From contig QPMI01000676.1 in assembly GCA_004431415.1 (NCBI GenBank), positions 1 to 24,044 on the forward strand: a stretch of DNA of 24,044 nt, written 5' to 3'. Position numbers and translations under genes: made by a program. Shown one piece after another: positions 19,564 to 24,044 of the stretch; the stretch's first letter is position 1, and each line of letters begins with the position of its first letter. This DNA is from Cyanophora paradoxa CCMP329 (lineage: Eukaryota > Plantae > Glaucophyta). Under the pieces are notes generated by a model. That model did no database searches, had not been told where the DNA came from, and was given only the letters and a program-made list of their open reading frames with translations.

Positions 19564-20151
19564 CAGTGCTGAGTAAAATTTACTCCCCAAAAATTGGCCT
19601 GAAAACTTTCTGCATGCGCAAGCTTAAGCTTTGGAAAATTATGTGCAAATATTTGCGCCATTGAAAACATTCCAAGCACCGCAAAAGCACTGTATCTCGT
19701 AGCTATAGCAAATAAGCGTCTAAACGAGCTCGAGAGATATGGGCTTTACGATGATACCTGTACATGTGCGTTTAGATTCAAAATACGCAAGCGTTTTGTC
19801 TTGTTTCAAGTTTTAATTTGGCATTCTTTTCAGAGTCGCCGATCGCGAGAGGGGGGTACCCATCTTAATGAAGCGACCTTCGCCCTCCTGATCATGACGC
19901 CCATGTAGCTCTCTCACCTTTAAAACTATGCCAGAACCGAAGGGAATGCCGCGAGCAGCCGATAGACCTTGCTCGTAATTGGCGGTGGGGTACCGGTGGG
20001 GTGCGGAGGGGGGGTCAAGCTTAAGTCACTGAGTGCAAATTTACTGAAAGTTTTCTATAGTTGCCGGCGGGGATGAAAATTAACTAGTACTGAAAGTTTG
20101 CAAGAAAATTTTCAACTGAAAGTTTGCCCAGCGCAAAGATACGCAGCACTG
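19564..20151. mobile_element. hAT-type non-autonomous element (588 bp)
   Basis: TIRs CAGTGCTGAGTA / TACGCAGCACTG (11/12 match); perfect 8-bp TSD GTCTCAAC (19556-19563, 20152-20159); CTGAAAGTTT subterminal repeats. Confidence 0.9.
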
Positions 20152-20430
20152 GTCTCAACTCAGTGACTTGTACTATGATCAGGCTCGAGCTTTACAAGAA
20201 TTCGAACGGCGAGCTTTTCCAGGCTTATATGCATCATGCATGACCAGCTTCCCCCACTTCCTCCTCAGGGTTGCAACCGACAGCGCCCTGCTGCATGCGG
20301 GCGCGGCGGACCGGAGGCGTCCTCCGGATCCGGGCTGGCTGGGCGATCGCTTCAGGATGTACTGCCCGAAGCGCGAGCTATTCGGCGACGAAGCCGACGA
20401 GTAGCTCCTCTTCCGATCCCTGCTGTGCTT

Positions 20431-20760
20431 CCCCCCCCCACCCCACACCCCCCACCCCCACCCCCCCTCCCCCCCTCCCCCCCCTCCCTCCCCCCCCCCC
20501 GCCCTCCCAGTACCTGCGCTCCCGCCCTCCCAGTCCTGCGCCTCCCCCTCCCCCCTCCCCCCCCCTTCCCCCCCCCTCCCCCCCTCCCCCCTCCCCCCTC
20601 CCCCCCACTCACCCCCTCCTCCCCCCCACCGCTTCCCCGCCCCCCATCGCCCCTCTCCACCCCGCCGGCCCTGCCCCTTCCCTCCCTCACCCTGTCGCCT
20701 CCCTCCCTCGTTCCCCTTCTCGCCCTGTTTCTCTCGAGCTCCCTTTTGAGCACCTTGTCT
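20431..20760. repeat. C-rich low-complexity tract (G-quadruplex-capable on the minus strand)
   Basis: Dozens of C4-C10 runs separated by single A or T bases. A shorter G-rich counterpart lies at 22021-22062. Confidence 0.85.
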
Positions 20761-20784
20761 GCATCCCTCTCTCGTCTTCCCTGT

Positions 20785-21983
20785 ACCACACCCCACCCCA
20801 GTCGCCAATTCTTCACCCCGCTTTAATACGCTGGTTGCTCATACGAGAAGTAAATACGAGAAGTAAATACACGGAGACTCCATCACTACGCCCACTGACG
20901 ACCTCACTCTCAACCTATCACCTACGGCCGCTCGCCGGGCCCTCGCGCCCGCCGCCGACCCGCCGTCGCCTGCGCGACTTGCGCCTCCACACGTCCCTCG
21001 CTACCGCCGACACGCTCGCCTCCCGCCGCCACCGCTGCTCTTGCTCCCCCTGCCCTCTCTCGCCCGTTGCCCGAGTCGCCTTCCCCCACGGCCCCACCCT
21101 CCACCCACTCTGCCCCTGCCATTCTGCTGATCTCCCGCTACCCCAGGGAGGGGACGGTGGTGCGGGCTGCCAGGTGGAAGGTCGTCAGTCGGCCGCTGAA
21201 CCCACCGGCGCCTGCCCGGCACGCGCCAGCCGGGCGGTTCGGACCGCCGCGGAGGGGGCTCGTCCATTGCCCGCGGCGGGGGGAGGCGCGTCGGCGGGCG
21301 GCTGGAAGCCCGGCGGAACGCGCCACTGGAACCTCCCTCCTCCCGACCGCGGCTGCCCGACCCGTCCTCCCCGTCCTTTCCGCGCCCAACGTCGCCCCAT
21401 GCCGTGCCCTCCTCCCTGCCCCCGTCCCCCTTCCCCCGACCAATCTCCCCGATGCTCTGAACCCGGCGGCTCCACCAGGCTTGCTCTCGCACGAGCGAGC
21501 CCCTGACCCACCGCCGTGCCGACGACACGGCGGGCCGTCTCTAGCGTGTTACAGAGTGGACTAGATTATAGTGCGCCTTCTCGGAGGCCCTAGCTTACTA
21601 GGCATAGCGCTAGCTACAGCTGCAGCTCACTTCGCTGCCGCAGTGCCCACCTCTGATTTCTACTCTCGTCCCTGGTAGTCATCGATATCCCTCTCCCGCG
21701 TAGGATCTTTCCTGTGCTGCAGCTCTAGAATTAGCCCCCTGGGTAGCTTTTCCAGTTCAACGGTTATTTCCACATCGAGCTCCACCCGGTCCGATGTCCG
21801 AAAGGCTTAGTCCCGTAGGCTCATCTCTCGACTTGACACAGATGGACACCTCAGTTATATCTCTAGCCATTTGTCTCGGTGTGTGCGAATTCATTATAAT
21901 TATGACCACACCCCACCCCAGTCGCCAATTCTTCACCCCGCCTTTAATACGCTGGTTGGCTCATACGAGAAGTAAATACACGG
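20785..21983. repeat. Pair of ~80-90-bp direct repeats enclosing ~1.03 kb
   Basis: ACCACACCCCACCCCAGTCGCCAATTCTTCACCCCG...AGTAAATACACGG at 20785-20874 (with a 13-bp internal tandem duplication) and 21905-21983. Confidence 0.85.
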
Positions 21984-22086
21984 CTACAACGTGCGCCCCG
22001 CGAGTGTCCTCGCTACAGGAGGGGGGGTGGGTGGGGGTGGGTTGGGGGGGGGGGGGGGGGGGCGGTCTGCTGAAAAGGGTGGGTGA

Positions 22087-23297
22087 TCAATGTTGCTGTG
22101 GTAGCTTGTTCTTGGGGTAGTATACTTTGACGTCCTGGCGCCAGCCGCTGAGGACGCCCTTCGCCGCGCTGTACAGCAGCGCGTCGTCTGTGCCCACGTG
22201 CATGTTGAGATGCGCGTTCAGGCCGCGGAGGCCCTGCGCAGGAAGGGTCCAGTTAGGGAGCGCCGCGCGGAGCGAGGGTTTCGTGGAGATGGTAACTGAC
22301 CTCGAGGACGAGCAGGTCCGCCCCGCTGTCCAAGAAGCACCGGATCTCCACGCGCCACGGAGACGAGCAGGCCGCGAGCGCCGCGACCTCCTCCGCCGCG
22401 AGGGGCCTCCTGATGAAGAGATTGAGCCGGTGGTCGGGGACGCGGGAGGCAACTGCGACGAAGTCCGCGAGGGCCGCCGGGTCCGTGCCGCCCGGGGCTG
22501 CGCACGCCGCGCTCAGAAATGGGCGGGGCGAGGGGTACACGATTCGACGGACCGTCGAGGACGAGAGAAAGGTCCTTGAAGGAGCGGGAGGCGCGCACGG
22601 CGTCGGCGAGGCCGGCGATGAAGGGCGCCGCGCTCCCCGCGGCTCTCCTGAAGCGGATGTCGAGCCAGCCGAGCTTGGGGGCCGCCCCCAACGCCGCCAC
22701 GTCCTCCCGAGAGACGTCGTCGTCGATCTGCGACAGCCTCGGCGGAAGCTCAAACCGGCAGGGGCGGCGGGGCTCACTTTGAAGCCCTCCAGGGATCGCA
22801 GCTCGGGGAGGCGGGCCACGGCGCGGAGGTCCTCCCCGTTGAACTTGTAGCAGGGCCTGCGTAGCGACGTCGCTGAGCTGGACCGGTGTACTCCTGAGCA
22901 AAGCTGCAAGATCCGACAGACGTGACGGCTGGTTGAAGGACATCGGCCTTCTGGCGCACGCGCTCAGCTTGCGGAAGACGGAGACCTGGATGGTCCCCCG
23001 CCACGCCTTGCACACGCTGCCCCGGCAACTCAGCGATTTAGAATGATGCGGTGAGATCGAGGCGCTCAAAAGCGCACGGGCGAAGGGGCCACGCCTCCTC
23101 CAGCGAAAAGAAAGAGAAAATGTGCGCGAGGAGCTCGTCCGAGAGGTCGCCGATGCTCGCTTCGACTCGTTTCGCGACGCTCGACTCGTTCTCCTGCAGC
23201 GAAGTGTCATCGCCCGCAGGCCGGCGCGCGCGAGGCGGGAAGAGCGCGCGAAGCGCGAACTGACCGCGAGACGGCTCCGTTTCGCTGCGGGTTCCAT
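22087..23297 (-). CDS. F-box protein with LRR/RNI-like C-terminal region; spliced, with apparent indel frameshifts
   Basis: Start MEPAAKRSRL. Removing a 61-nt GT..CAG intron (23017-23077) gives IGDLSDELLAHIFSFFSLEEAWPLRPVCKAWRGTI, an F-box consensus. Downstream LxxLxL-like segments (LPELRSLEG, PKLGWLDIRF, FKDLSLVL). Stop at 22087. Confidence 0.75.
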
Positions 23298-23650
23298 CCC
23301 TTTTGTCTGTGATGCTCTGATGCTGATTAGAGTGCTCGCTGCGCCGGAGCTCGGCCGGCCTGCATGCAGCTGATCTTCCCACGGGCGCAGGCGGTTTGAA
23401 AACTGCCGCAGTCAAGCCCAAGCAGATGACGCGCTGTACCCGGTAGGCTAGCCGGCTAGACGGCTCGCCCTTGCTTCGTGTGCACAGGATCATGAGCTAG
23501 CCCAGCAGCCTCACGATCAAGCTCATCTCGCATGCAAGATACACTACCGAAACCGGATGGGAGCCAGGGGCCGGGGAGGGGACGGGGCCCAGGGACGGCA
23601 AGGGAAGGCGGGGATCTGACGGGAAGGGGGCCGGGGGACGGGGCCGCTCA

Positions 23651-24044
23651 CTCGTCGACGACGATCTTGTTGGCGACGCTCGAGAGAGCGCGTTCGCCTC
23701 CTCGAGCCGCTGGCGGGCGGCGGCGGAGGCGGCGGCGCGGCGGCGGCGGCGTCGGCGGCGATGCCGGCGGCGGCCTTGGCGGCCGGCATCTTGAACTTGA
23801 CGCGGAAGAGGCGCTCGCCGGCGGCCGCCTCCTGCGCCCCGCCGCGCAGCGCCTCGAGCTCCGGCGCCGCCTCCGCGCCGGCTCGAGCTCGGGCCTCGGC
23901 ACGAAGAAGAGGCGCGGGATCTCCGCCGCGCTCGGCGCCGCCAGCTGCAGCCGCACCGCCTCCTCCCCCCGCGCGGCGGCGGCGGCGGCGGCGGCGGCCG
24001 CGGCCTCGTTCGCGGCGACGTCGGAGGGGTGCGGGCCGGCGAGG
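23651..24044 (-). CDS. Internal exon of an unknown Ala/Pro-rich protein entering from outside the window
   Basis: Protein-like frames (RLQLAAPSAAEIPRLFFVPRPELEP; ERLFRVKFKMPAAKAAAG) end at a GTGAGC donor-like site near 23650. Confidence 0.4.

Noticed and set aside
20179-21528. Pro-rich/Gly-rich ORFs (extensin- or formin-like)
   Set aside because: Products of the poly-C tract, which lacks stops in most frames.
20785-21983. Bona fide TRIM or second LTR element
   Set aside because: No matching TSD, PBS or PPT, and identity extends past the CA. Kept only as an unclassified repeat.

Overview
GC-rich eukaryotic DNA with short spliceosomal introns (algal or protist-like; the organism cannot be determined from the sequence). 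Positions 1-16727 are one giant (~16.75 kb) Ty3/Gypsy LTR retrotransposon on the minus strand. It has 293-bp LTRs (5' LTR 16435-16727; 3' LTR cut by the window edge, 1-261) that differ only by indels, a polypurine tract, and domain order Gag(CCHC)-PR-RT-RNaseH-IN(GPF). Three things stand out. (i) About 7 kb (~2,300 codons) of unrecognisable same-strand coding sequence lies between the zinc knuckle and the protease, implying a coding span of ~4,800 codons. (ii) The 25-nt primer-binding site has a geometry that fits selenocysteine tRNA rather than a canonical tRNA. (iii) Three 3'-UTR repeats are complementary to that PBS. The many frameshifts look like single-base sequencing indels rather than decay. 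Positions 17.5-20.2 kb are a cluster of small non-autonomous elements: three hAT-type MITEs with 8-bp TSDs, a TA-flanked Tc1/mariner-type MITE and a poly(A) retroposed fragment with a 14-bp TSD. The rest holds C/G tracts, an ~80-bp direct-repeat pair, an F-box gene (minus strand) and a partial gene at the window end.
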